Below, one piece after another: positions 9,846 to 18,004 of a stretch of DNA of 29,506 bases (positions are counted from its first letter, which is position 1; the number at the start of each line of letters is the position of its first letter). The stretch lies in the IMG/VR virus record IMGVR_UViG_3300027770_000046; one strand, written 5' to 3'. The position numbers and the translations under genes are program-made. The stretch comes from a virus (Duplodnaviria; Heunggongvirae; Uroviricota; Caudoviricetes). The notes below the pieces were generated by a model that searched no databases, was not told the origin of the DNA, and saw only the letters and a program-made list of their open reading frames with translations.

Positions 9846-12800
9846 ATGGCAACTTGTCCAAATAAAAATTTAAGTTCTTGGAAAACATTGGTGACTGCTC
9901 AAGGAGAAGAAATGGCTTTCTACTTATGGGATAAGTATGAAGGTAACGTTCCTTCTGAATATTATGAACCAGTAACTCAAAGTACAAAGACATACAATCA
10001 AATAACTGACGCACAACAAATTATTCTTGATAAGCTTGCTCAGACAAAGAAGGAACTAAGTAAGATTGATAGAGAAGATACTAATGATAGAGGAGAAAAG
10101 ATAATTAAACAAGTCTATACAAGAACTACTGCTGAAGGAACTAAAGATGTTAAGACAAGAGTTACAGACGTAGTAAGAGAAAAAGCTAAACAGTCTGGAT
10201 TTGATGAAGAAAACTTAAGCTTAGAAGAGAAGACATTTAATGCTTTCAAGAGAGATGAGGGTATTAAAAGACACAGTGTAATGGAGGATATTCATAAAAG
10301 ATACTTCAATGAAGATGGTACTAAAAGAAATAATCCTTTAGAAGAACCAGCTTTTGATTCAGAGGTAGATCAAGAGATATATGAAAAGTTAAATACCTAC
10401 TTTACAGACTTGGTTATATCTTTACCAGAAGGAACCATATTCCTTGCTGAGCAAATGATTTATAATCCTAGTACAGATATGGCAGGTACTGTTGACTTAC
10501 TTGCTATTGAACCAAGTGGTAAAGTTAATGTCTATGACTGGAAGTTTGGTACTGTTGCTAAAGATGCTAAAGATATTGCTTGGTATAAACAAGAGGCATA
10601 CAATATTCAATTAGGTTTATATAAGTCTACATTAAAAGATGCTTATGGAGCTAAAGAGTTTCATAACCTAAAAGCTATTCCTATTCAGTTTAGAGTTAAT
10701 GTTATTAACAAGAGAAATGGTACAACAGACTATAAACTTAATGGTATAAATATTGGTTCAGTAGATCCAAGTCAACTTAAGAGTTTATTACTTACACCTG
10801 TTTCTGAAGAAACAGAATCTACAGGTGATGATAAGTTAGATAAAATAGTGAAAAACTTAAATACATTAGTAAAGCGTATTGCTGATAAAAATGTTACAGA
10901 AGACAAGAAAGATCTTAAGACAGAAAAGCTTGATAGTATTAGAAGAGCAGCTAGAATGATACAAGGTCAAGACAATCTATCTGGATTGATTGACACTATT
11001 AGTGTATTACAACGTGAGGGTGAGAAACTTGTAAATGACTATGAAGTTATTTATAAAAACAGACCTGCTACAAGTGAAGATTCTACAGATAAAGACTTAT
11101 CTGCATTTGCTATAGATATGGCTACATATTTAAACACTGCAGACATGTTTGATAGAATGGATATCAAGATAGGTGATTATATCTATACAAAAGAAATGGA
11201 GGAAGAAGCTGAGACAGAAGAAGAGATGGAAGCTGTTAATGAATTAAAAGAAACATTAGATGACTTACGTAAGGCCACTTCTTCTATCTATGCATCCAAA
11301 GAAAAGATTAAAGAAATATTTAAAGAGTTTGGTTCAAAGCACATTGGTGAAAGAAATGCTGTAGTAGGATTAACAGACTCAGAGCGTTTCTTTAAAGGAT
11401 TTGCTGTAAACTTTGAAGGATTTGCTGATATTGGTATGAGAGCATTGGACGTATTGTATCAATTAAATACAAAGGCTAGAGCGTCAGCTCAACGTACTGC
11501 TCTAGAAAAAGTTAAGAAGTTAATGGATATTAGAAAGAAAATAATTGCCAGAGGAGATGCTGAATCTGTAGTTAGTAAAATATTCAAGAAGACAAAAACT
11601 GGAGATAAGGTAAACAAGCTTATTGATAAATATGATCCTGAGTTTAGAAAAAAACTAAAAGATGCTGCAGTAAAAGATGATGTTGACTGGTTGTTTGAAA
11701 ACATTGATGTTGATAGAGTGAGAAAAGAAGGTAAAGAAATTTTGGACAAGAAGATTAAAAATCTTGAAGAATTCTATAAAGAGGATAATGATAAATTAAA
11801 TTATGCTATTGATAAGGCAACACGTGTTTGGGATATTGATAATCCAGACTTTAATGGTTGGAAGACCAACTATTTATTATACAAATATCCAAAAGATAAA
11901 TGGTTTTCTGAAGAGTATAAGGAAGTAACAAAAGATCCTGAGTTGTTTGAACTTTACAATTATATAATTGATATTAATGAAGTTGCTACAGACTCTGGAT
12001 TTATTGAGAAAAAGGTGATGAATAGTTTCTTACCATTTATTAGGAAAAGTGTTGCTGAAAAACTACAAGAAAATAATTTCTTAGCTCCTATACAAGACTT
12101 TTATGATAGTCTTAAAATGAATCCAGATGATGTAGGAATTGGTAAGTTTGATGAGATTACAGGAAAATTAATAAATGGTCTTCCTAAATACTACACATAT
12201 GACTTTAGTAAAACTGAAGGAGGGGCTAATGACTACTCTGAGGTGAGCTTTGATATATTTAGGAACTTAATTCTTTATACACAAGAGGTTGAAAAGTATA
12301 AATACTTAGAAGAGGTTGAAGGTCAGGTGGAGGCAATAAATATTATTGAAGAGTTTAAAGAAAATCACATTGCTACTAATAGATCTGGAGGTGTTATCTT
12401 TGATGAGAACAACAATCCAGTAGAAGCTGCAGGTAACCAAGAAAACATAAAACTATTATCTGACTTTACTAGAGCTGTATTTTACGAGCAAAAGTATGTG
12501 TTGTCTGATACAGATACTCCATTAGCATTAGGTAAAGCCATCAATGGGGTTAAGAAAATGCTTAATGTATTGTCTAACAAAACAATAGGTAGAGACATTG
12601 TTAGTATAAATGAAGATGTCAAAGCTACATCTTTGATGAAGTTAATGGATGCTGCTAATAGAGGATTCCAACTTAAGGTGTTAGCTCTTGATCCTGCTCC
12701 AGCTCTTATTAACTTTTTGGGTTCTCAATTCCAAATATCTGCTCAGGCTGGTACATACTTTACCCAAACAGATGTAATTAAAGGTATGAGAGACTTAACT

Positions 12801-14138
12801 AATCATACCTTTAGAAATAAAGAAGATAGAGAAGCATTTGCTCAATTGGTTAACTTATTTCAGCCATTAAGAGAAGGTCCTATTTATGAGGAGCTTAAAA
12901 AGTCTAGTCTTACTAAAATGGGTAATGTTCTTAATGGAGATAATATATCTGATTTCTTAATGATGGGCTTTAGACAACCAGAAATGTTTGTTGAAAAAAC
13001 TATATTTAAAGCATTGTTAGATAACACAATGGTAGAGAATGGAAAGCTAATAAACATTAATGACTATGTAAAAGCTAAGTATAAAGGAAGATATGATACT
13101 GCTGACAACTTTCAAGAGGCTAGTGGAAAAATAGAGGAAGAAGTTAATGAGCTAAAGAGAACACGTTCTATCTCAGCAACTAAAAAAATAGTTAATGGCA
13201 AATTAGAGATTCCTGGATTTGATACAAGTAACCTTTCTGAAGTTGAAAGACTCACTAAACTTAATAAGGATATTACAAATAGAGTGGTGGGTAGTATGTC
13301 CAAAGAGAACATGAATAAAATGAGTATGAACATTTGGACTAGAGGATTGATGGTGTTTAAAAACTGGATCTATCCTTTATATAGTACACGTTTTAATGGT
13401 ATTAAGAAGCTTGGAACAGATTCATTCTCTTTTAAAATAGAAGACGATGGTACAATTGAAGGGGAGAAATATGATATTGGTAGGGCTAACTTGTTCTTTA
13501 AGATGGTTTATGAAACTATTAAAGACAGGCAAAACAATATTAATAATCTGTTAAAAGTTAATGTAGAAGGTGTTAAAAAGATAAATGAACTATATGATAG
13601 ATACCAAGAAACTTATTATAAGAAGACAGGACAACGTATGAACATGAGCAAAGAAGACTTTGCTGACATGCTTAGAACTAATCTTAGAAATGAGTTAAAA
13701 GAAATCAATTATATTATTACATTAACAGCAGCAATGTTTGCTTTAGGAATTCTTGCTCCTGGAGATGATGCAGATAGAGCTACTAAGAATAGATTTAGAT
13801 ATTATGAGAAGTTGTTAGATAAAATTAGAGATGAACTTACCTTCTTCTATAACCCTAATGAGATTAGAAGTTTATTAAGTGGTGGTATCTTTCCTGCAAT
13901 TGGTGTAGTTACAGATGCTTTGAACTTAGTAAATCATATGTCTGAACAAATTACAGGTATGTCTATATCTAAAGAAGGAAAAACCCCAGAACAAATTAGA
14001 GAAGAAGCAATGCCTCTTAAAGACCTGTTACGTATTGTTCCTGGTGGAAAGAACATATTAACATTTGGTGCTATTCTTAGCGAAGATTGGGCTAAAGAAT
14101 TTGACATAACCATTCAAAAGAAGAATACAATCAGGTAG
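9846..14138 (+). CDS. Large putative ejection (internal virion) protein with N-terminal PD-(D/E)xK nuclease-like domain and C-terminal hydrophobic segment
   Basis: 1430 aa. E...AGTVDLL...VYDWK...QLGLY (10449-10622) fits the RecB-like PD-(D/E)xK pattern. YIITLTAAMFALGILAP at 13710-13760. Position after the virion RNAP matches crAss-like gene order as I recall it. Confidence 0.75.
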   Translation: MATCPNKNLSSWKTLVTAQGEEMAFYLWDKYEGNVPSEYYEPVTQSTKTYNQITDAQQIILDKLAQTKKELSKIDREDTNDRGEKIIKQVYTRTTAEGTKDVKTRVTDVVREKAKQSGFDEENLSLEEKTFNAFKRDEGIKRHSVMEDIHKRYFNEDGTKRNNPLEEPAFDSEVDQEIYEKLNTYFTDLVISLPEGTIFLAEQMIYNPSTDMAGTVDLLAIEPSGKVNVYDWKFGTVAKDAKDIAWYKQEAYNIQLGLYKSTLKDAYGAKEFHNLKAIPIQFRVNVINKRNGTTDYKLNGINIGSVDPSQLKSLLLTPVSEETESTGDDKLDKIVKNLNTLVKRIADKNVTEDKKDLKTEKLDSIRRAARMIQGQDNLSGLIDTISVLQREGEKLVNDYEVIYKNRPATSEDSTDKDLSAFAIDMATYLNTADMFDRMDIKIGDYIYTKEMEEEAETEEEMEAVNELKETLDDLRKATSSIYASKEKIKEIFKEFGSKHIGERNAVVGLTDSERFFKGFAVNFEGFADIGMRALDVLYQLNTKARASAQRTALEKVKKLMDIRKKIIARGDAESVVSKIFKKTKTGDKVNKLIDKYDPEFRKKLKDAAVKDDVDWLFENIDVDRVRKEGKEILDKKIKNLEEFYKEDNDKLNYAIDKATRVWDIDNPDFNGWKTNYLLYKYPKDKWFSEEYKEVTKDPELFELYNYIIDINEVATDSGFIEKKVMNSFLPFIRKSVAEKLQENNFLAPIQDFYDSLKMNPDDVGIGKFDEITGKLINGLPKYYTYDFSKTEGGANDYSEVSFDIFRNLILYTQEVEKYKYLEEVEGQVEAINIIEEFKENHIATNRSGGVIFDENNNPVEAAGNQENIKLLSDFTRAVFYEQKYVLSDTDTPLALGKAINGVKKMLNVLSNKTIGRDIVSINEDVKATSLMKLMDAANRGFQLKVLALDPAPALINFLGSQFQISAQAGTYFTQTDVIKGMRDLTNHTFRNKEDREAFAQLVNLFQPLREGPIYEELKKSSLTKMGNVLNGDNISDFLMMGFRQPEMFVEKTIFKALLDNTMVENGKLININDYVKAKYKGRYDTADNFQEASGKIEEEVNELKRTRSISATKKIVNGKLEIPGFDTSNLSEVERLTKLNKDITNRVVGSMSKENMNKMSMNIWTRGLMVFKNWIYPLYSTRFNGIKKLGTDSFSFKIEDDGTIEGEKYDIGRANLFFKMVYETIKDRQNNINNLLKVNVEGVKKINELYDRYQETYYKKTGQRMNMSKEDFADMLRTNLRNELKEINYIITLTAAMFALGILAPGDDADRATKNRFRYYEKLLDKIRDELTFFYNPNEIRSLLSGGIFPAIGVVTDALNLVNHMSEQITGMSISKEGKTPEQIREEAMPLKDLLRIVPGGKNILTFGAILSEDWAKEFDITIQKKNTIR

Positions 14139-14189
14139 ATAAACATTATAGTTATTGCTATATTATGTAGTAATAATTTTACTAACTCA

Positions 14190-14247
14190 TTGAAAATAAA
14201 TTAAATTCACTATTTTTGCTACAATTAGTGCACATTCTATAAGTTTG
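14190..14247 (+). promoter_or_regulatory. Two overlapping Bacteroidota sigma-A-type promoter matches upstream of the fibre cluster
   Basis: TTTG (14215-14218) - 21 nt - TAAGTTTG (14240-14247) matches TTTG-N19..21-TAnnTTTG. A second match is TTG (14190-14192) - 18 nt - TATTTTTG (14211-14218). Lies in the longest intergenic gap of the window. Confidence 0.65.
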
Positions 14248-14254
14248 ATGCACT
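14227..14254. promoter_or_regulatory. Short inverted repeat straddling the downstream -7 element (possible operator or weak hairpin)
   Basis: AGTGCA (14227-14232) ... TGCACT (14249-14254), followed by TCTTTG. Confidence 0.3.
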
Positions 14255-14294
14255 TCTTTGTATATCAATAGATTACACATAACACACTATTACT

Positions 14295-16019
14295 ATGAAC
14301 GTTACTTGCTCTGCAACCCCATGTCCAGTTATATTGGATGCGACCTGCGTATTCTACGAAGGCCCCTTCCTTGTATACACTGGTATTAATACCAACGACA
14401 ATTTACAAACAGCATTAGAGAAGATTGATGCAGCTTTTGCATCAGCTGGCTATGGTACATCTGGTACATCTGGTACTAGTGGCTCCTCTGGAAGAAATGG
14501 AACTAATGGAGTTTCAGGAACTAATGGAATCAATGGTACTAAAGGTACATCAGGTACTTCAGGATCTTCTGGTACATCTGGAAGAACTGGAACTGCTGGT
14601 ACTTCTGGAAGGAATGGTACAGCTGGTACGTCAGGTAGTTCTGGGTCTAGTGGTAGAAATGGTACAGCTGGTACATCAGGTACATCAGGAACTGCTGGTT
14701 CTAATGGTACTAGTGGTAGTAGTGGATCTAGTGGTAGTAATGGTACCTCAGGTTCTTCTGGAACATCTGCTTCCTCTGGCTCTTCTGGTACATCTGGTAG
14801 TGCTGGTACAGATGGTAGTGCAGGAACTTCTGGTTCATCTGCCTCTAGTGGTACGTCAGGTTCTACAGGAACTTCTGGCAGTGCTGGTACATCAGGCTCA
14901 AGTGGTTCTGGTGGTGTTTCAGGTTCAGCTGGTACATCTGGATCTTCAGGTTTTACAGGTGATAGATATGCAACGTTCTCAGTACAAACATTTACATTAG
15001 GTAATGCTGGTACTTTACAAGTGACTCTTGGTTTAGCTTACACTGTTGGTCAAGCAATTATTATTGCTTATGATATTAACAACTATCAAGAGTGTAATGT
15101 AATTTCTTATAACAGTGCTACAGGTGCACTTAATTTTGATGCTCCTACAATAACAATAGGTGGTGGAACATATAGTTCATGGCAAATTAACTTGAATGGT
15201 GCCACAGGTGGTGCAGGTTCAAGTGGTACATCTGGTTCAAGTGGAACTAGTGGTACTACAGGTACTTCTGGAACTACAGGTACTTCAGGTACAACTGGTA
15301 CAGATGGCTCATCTGGTACAACAGGAACTGATGGTTCTTCTGGAACGTCAGGCTCTTCAGGTACAAGTGGCAGTTCTGGAACTGATGGATCTAGTGGAAC
15401 ATCAGGCTCTTCTGGAACATCTGGTTCTTCTGGAACTAGTGGTACAGATGGATCAAATGGTACGAGTGGTACAACAGGAACAAGTGGCACAGATGGATCT
15501 TCTGGTACATCAGGCTCTAGTGGCACTAGTGGAACAGATGGTTCAAGTGGAACAACAGGCACATCAGGTACTGATGGAAGCTCTGGAACAACTGGAACAA
15601 GTGGAACTGATGGTTCTTCAGGTACAGCAGGTACAAGTGGTATAGATGGTACAAGTGGTACAGATGGCTCTAGTGGTACTTCAGGAACTACAGGTACAGA
15701 TGGTTCTAGTGGTACAGCAGCAACATCAGGTATTTCTACATTGATGGCTGGTACAAGTGGTAGTACAATTACTATTCCTCCTGCTGAAGCTACAACAACA
15801 ACAACAACAACGACTGCACCTACTTATTATTATTATTTAGGAAGTCCTTGTGTAGGTGGAGCTAATGTAACTATTAGATCTACTACAACTCTAACTAATG
15901 GTGATGTAATATATCATAGTAATGGAAATTGTTGTACTATTTTCACTACTACTCTAGGACCTACTTATGATGCAGATTTTATATCACTTGAAACATGTTT
16001 TGTAGCTCCTTGCCCTTAA
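14295..16019 (+). CDS. Fibre protein A: Cys-containing N-terminal (putative virion anchor) domain, two Ser/Thr Gly-X-Y blocks around an intact beta-domain, then orphan first strand, Thr8 linker and small Cys-rich domain
   Basis: 574 aa. N-terminus TCSATPCPVILDATCVFYEGP...LQTALEKID. Gly-X-Y at 14454-14960 and 15198-15731. beta-domain at 14967-15200. Confidence 0.85.
   Translation: MNVTCSATPCPVILDATCVFYEGPFLVYTGINTNDNLQTALEKIDAAFASAGYGTSGTSGTSGSSGRNGTNGVSGTNGINGTKGTSGTSGSSGTSGRTGTAGTSGRNGTAGTSGSSGSSGRNGTAGTSGTSGTAGSNGTSGSSGSSGSNGTSGSSGTSASSGSSGTSGSAGTDGSAGTSGSSASSGTSGSTGTSGSAGTSGSSGSGGVSGSAGTSGSSGFTGDRYATFSVQTFTLGNAGTLQVTLGLAYTVGQAIIIAYDINNYQECNVISYNSATGALNFDAPTITIGGGTYSSWQINLNGATGGAGSSGTSGSSGTSGTTGTSGTTGTSGTTGTDGSSGTTGTDGSSGTSGSSGTSGSSGTDGSSGTSGSSGTSGSSGTSGTDGSNGTSGTTGTSGTDGSSGTSGSSGTSGTDGSSGTTGTSGTDGSSGTTGTSGTDGSSGTAGTSGIDGTSGTDGSSGTSGTTGTDGSSGTAATSGISTLMAGTSGSTITIPPAEATTTTTTTTAPTYYYYLGSPCVGGANVTIRSTTTLTNGDVIYHSNGNCCTIFTTTLGPTYDADFISLETCFVAPCP
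14454..14960 (+). repeat. Gly-X-Y block (GTS/GSS/GTA/GRN), Pro-free
   Basis: Triplet register in the translation; two Ala-for-Gly triplets (ASS). Confidence 0.95.
15198..15731 (+). repeat. Gly-X-Y block (GTS/GSS/GTT/GTD), Pro-free
   Basis: Triplet register in the translation; recurring GTD-GSS units. Confidence 0.95.
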
Positions 16020-16084
16020 AACAAACCAATTTACAGAGGTTCTTGTACCTCATGTTAAAATTAAAATATATAAAATAAATATAA

Positions 16085-18001
16085 ATGCCTTACGCTAATA
16101 TTACCATAACCATTGAAACTGGTAGATCATTCTATCCTGGACAATATGTCCAAGTGATACATGATGAGAACAACTATATCTTTGGTCAAGTGGTTACATA
16201 TGATCCTGTAACAGGAATCTTTGTTTTCTATCCTACCAATTACTTAGGTGCTGGTACATTTAATACATGGACTGTCGTAGCATCTGCTGTCTCAGGTTCT
16301 AGTGGAACAGCTGGAACAAGTGGATCATCTGGATCAACTGGTACTGATGGAAGTTCTGGAACAGATGGTTCTTCTGGAACCTCTGGTTCAACAGGAACAA
16401 GTGGTACAACAGGAACTGATGGAAGTAGTGGTACTGATGGTTCATCTGGCACTTCTGGTACTACAGGAACAGATGGTAGTTCTGGAACAAGTGGCACTAC
16501 AGGTACAGATGGTAGCTCAGGAACTGATGGTTCTAGTGGCACATCTGGATCTTCAGGTACAAGTGGAACTGATGGCTCAAGTGGAACCTCTGGAACAACT
16601 GGAACAGATGGTTCATCAGGTACATCAGGCACTGATGGAAGTTCTGGTACATCTGGAACTACAGGTACTGATGGAAGCTCAGGCACTAGTGGCACTGATG
16701 GATCTAGTGGAACAAGTGGAACTGATGGAAGTAGTGGCACAAGTGGAAGCTCAGGAACTGCAGCTACATCTGGTAACTCTGGTGACTTATATAAGACTAC
16801 ATCTACTACTAGTTTAAATATAGGAACAGGTACAAAAAATCTAACTGTAGATATATTATTAGCATATACAGTAGGACAGGCTATAGTTATTGCTTATGAT
16901 AATAGTAATACTATGGGTGGTAATCTTCTTTCTTACAATGCTGCTACAGGTGCAATGTCTGTTAATGTCACAGCTACCTCAGGTAGTGGTACTTATACTG
17001 CATGGCAAGTGAATTTAGGTGGTGCTGCAGGAGGTGATGGTACTTCAGGTACAAATGGTTCATCTGGAACGTCTGGAACTAATGGTACGTCTGGTACATC
17101 TGCGTCAAGTGGAACATCTGGAACAGATGGCTCTAGTGGTACTACAGGTACGTCAGGAACAGATGGGTCAAGTGGTACGTCTGCATCAAGTGGTAGTTCA
17201 GGAACTTCAGCTTCAGCTGGTACAAGTGGTAACCAAGGTGCTGATGGATTCTTAGCAGAGTGGTTATATAGTATAAATCCTGATACATCTGTAAACCCAG
17301 GTAGTACATTCTTTAGATTAGATATTAACTCTTGGAGTGAAACTGTAACAAATATTGCCATCAGTGACACTGCATACAATCCAAATGTAAACTTCTCTAC
17401 ATATTTAAACTTTATTGGACCAAACTCAATCATTAAGTTACAAAGCTCAAGTAATGTTGCAACTTTTAAGTTTTTAAGAATTGTAAGTAATACACCTTTT
17501 GTATCAGGCTATGAAGATTACACAGTGACACAACTTGCTAGTGGTGGTCCAGATCCTAGTGCTAGCGAAGCATTCTATTTCAACTTCATTGGTGTGAGTG
17601 GTACATCTGGTACCTCAGCATCAAGTGGAACTTCTGCAACATCAGGCACTACAGGAACTGATGGTTCTTCTGGTACAAGTGCAACGTCTGGTTCTAGTGC
17701 AAGTTCTGGAACATCTGCAACTAGTGGATCTTCAGGAACTTCTGGAACTGATGGATCAAGTGGTACTTCAGCTTCATCTGGAAGTAGTGGAACAAGTGGT
17801 TCTTCTGGAACTAGTGGAAGCTCAGGAACCTCTGCATCTAGTGGAAGCTCAGGAACTGATGGTAGCTCAGGTACAGCAGCTTCAAGTGGTACTTCAGCAA
17901 GTGCTGGTACAAGTGCTTCTTCTGGAACAGCAGCAACCTCTGGTGCATCATCAACATATAATGGAACTTCAGGAACAACACAAACCTTACCTTTAACATA
18001 A
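16085..18001 (+). CDS. Fibre protein B: N-terminal beta-domain lacking its first strand, three Ser/Thr Gly-X-Y blocks, one intact beta-domain, one ~115-aa globular domain, C-terminal orphan first strand
   Basis: 638 aa. N-terminal domain 16085-16294, internal homologous domain 16790-17020, second domain about 17249-17590, ends GTAATSGASSTYNGTSGTTQTLPLT. Confidence 0.85.
   Translation: MPYANITITIETGRSFYPGQYVQVIHDENNYIFGQVVTYDPVTGIFVFYPTNYLGAGTFNTWTVVASAVSGSSGTAGTSGSSGSTGTDGSSGTDGSSGTSGSTGTSGTTGTDGSSGTDGSSGTSGTTGTDGSSGTSGTTGTDGSSGTDGSSGTSGSSGTSGTDGSSGTSGTTGTDGSSGTSGTDGSSGTSGTTGTDGSSGTSGTDGSSGTSGTDGSSGTSGSSGTAATSGNSGDLYKTTSTTSLNIGTGTKNLTVDILLAYTVGQAIVIAYDNSNTMGGNLLSYNAATGAMSVNVTATSGSGTYTAWQVNLGGAAGGDGTSGTNGSSGTSGTNGTSGTSASSGTSGTDGSSGTTGTSGTDGSSGTSASSGSSGTSASAGTSGNQGADGFLAEWLYSINPDTSVNPGSTFFRLDINSWSETVTNIAISDTAYNPNVNFSTYLNFIGPNSIIKLQSSSNVATFKFLRIVSNTPFVSGYEDYTVTQLASGGPDPSASEAFYFNFIGVSGTSGTSASSGTSATSGTTGTDGSSGTSATSGSSASSGTSATSGSSGTSGTDGSSGTSASSGSSGTSGSSGTSGSSGTSASSGSSGTDGSSGTAASSGTSASAGTSASSGTAATSGASSTYNGTSGTTQTLPLT
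16295..16783 (+). repeat. Gly-X-Y block with GTD-GSS-GTS(-GTT) higher-order units
   Basis: Translation of ORF 16085; synonymous positions vary between units. Confidence 0.95.
17021..17248 (+). repeat. Gly-X-Y block with some Ala-for-Gly triplets
   Basis: Translation of ORF 16085. Confidence 0.9.
17591..17950 (+). repeat. Gly/Ala-X-Y block (many ASS/ATS/ASA triplets in the Gly register)
   Basis: Translation of ORF 16085. Confidence 0.9.
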
Positions 18002-18004
18002 GTT

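Noticed and set aside
333-13333. Short antisense or alternative-frame ORFs within the large ejection genes (e.g. 1149-1838, 3360-3677, 8086-8403, 11489-11749)
   Set aside because: Fully overlapped by long ORFs with strong motifs; Ser/Leu/Phe-rich composition is typical of antisense to Lys/Glu-rich genes; no motifs.
14136-14204. Readthrough of the TAG ending the 1430-aa ORF would add a hydrophobic tail (INIIVIAILC...)
   Set aside because: AT-rich intergenic DNA readily encodes Ile/Asn/Leu, and the region overlaps the predicted promoter.
15792-15809. (ACA)6 microsatellite as a phase-variation switch
   Set aside because: Trinucleotide slippage keeps the frame and would only change linker length.
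16033-16055. Hairpin ACAGAGGT-tcttgt-ACCTC(a)TGT between A and B as a terminator
   Set aside because: Short stem and no U-tract after it; may be an RNA processing or stability element but support is too weak.
14454-17950. CRISPR array or ice-nucleation protein
   Set aside because: The repeats are in-frame coding triplets with varied wobble bases and no unique spacers; the period is 3 aa, not the 8/16/48-aa AGYGST pattern of Ina proteins.
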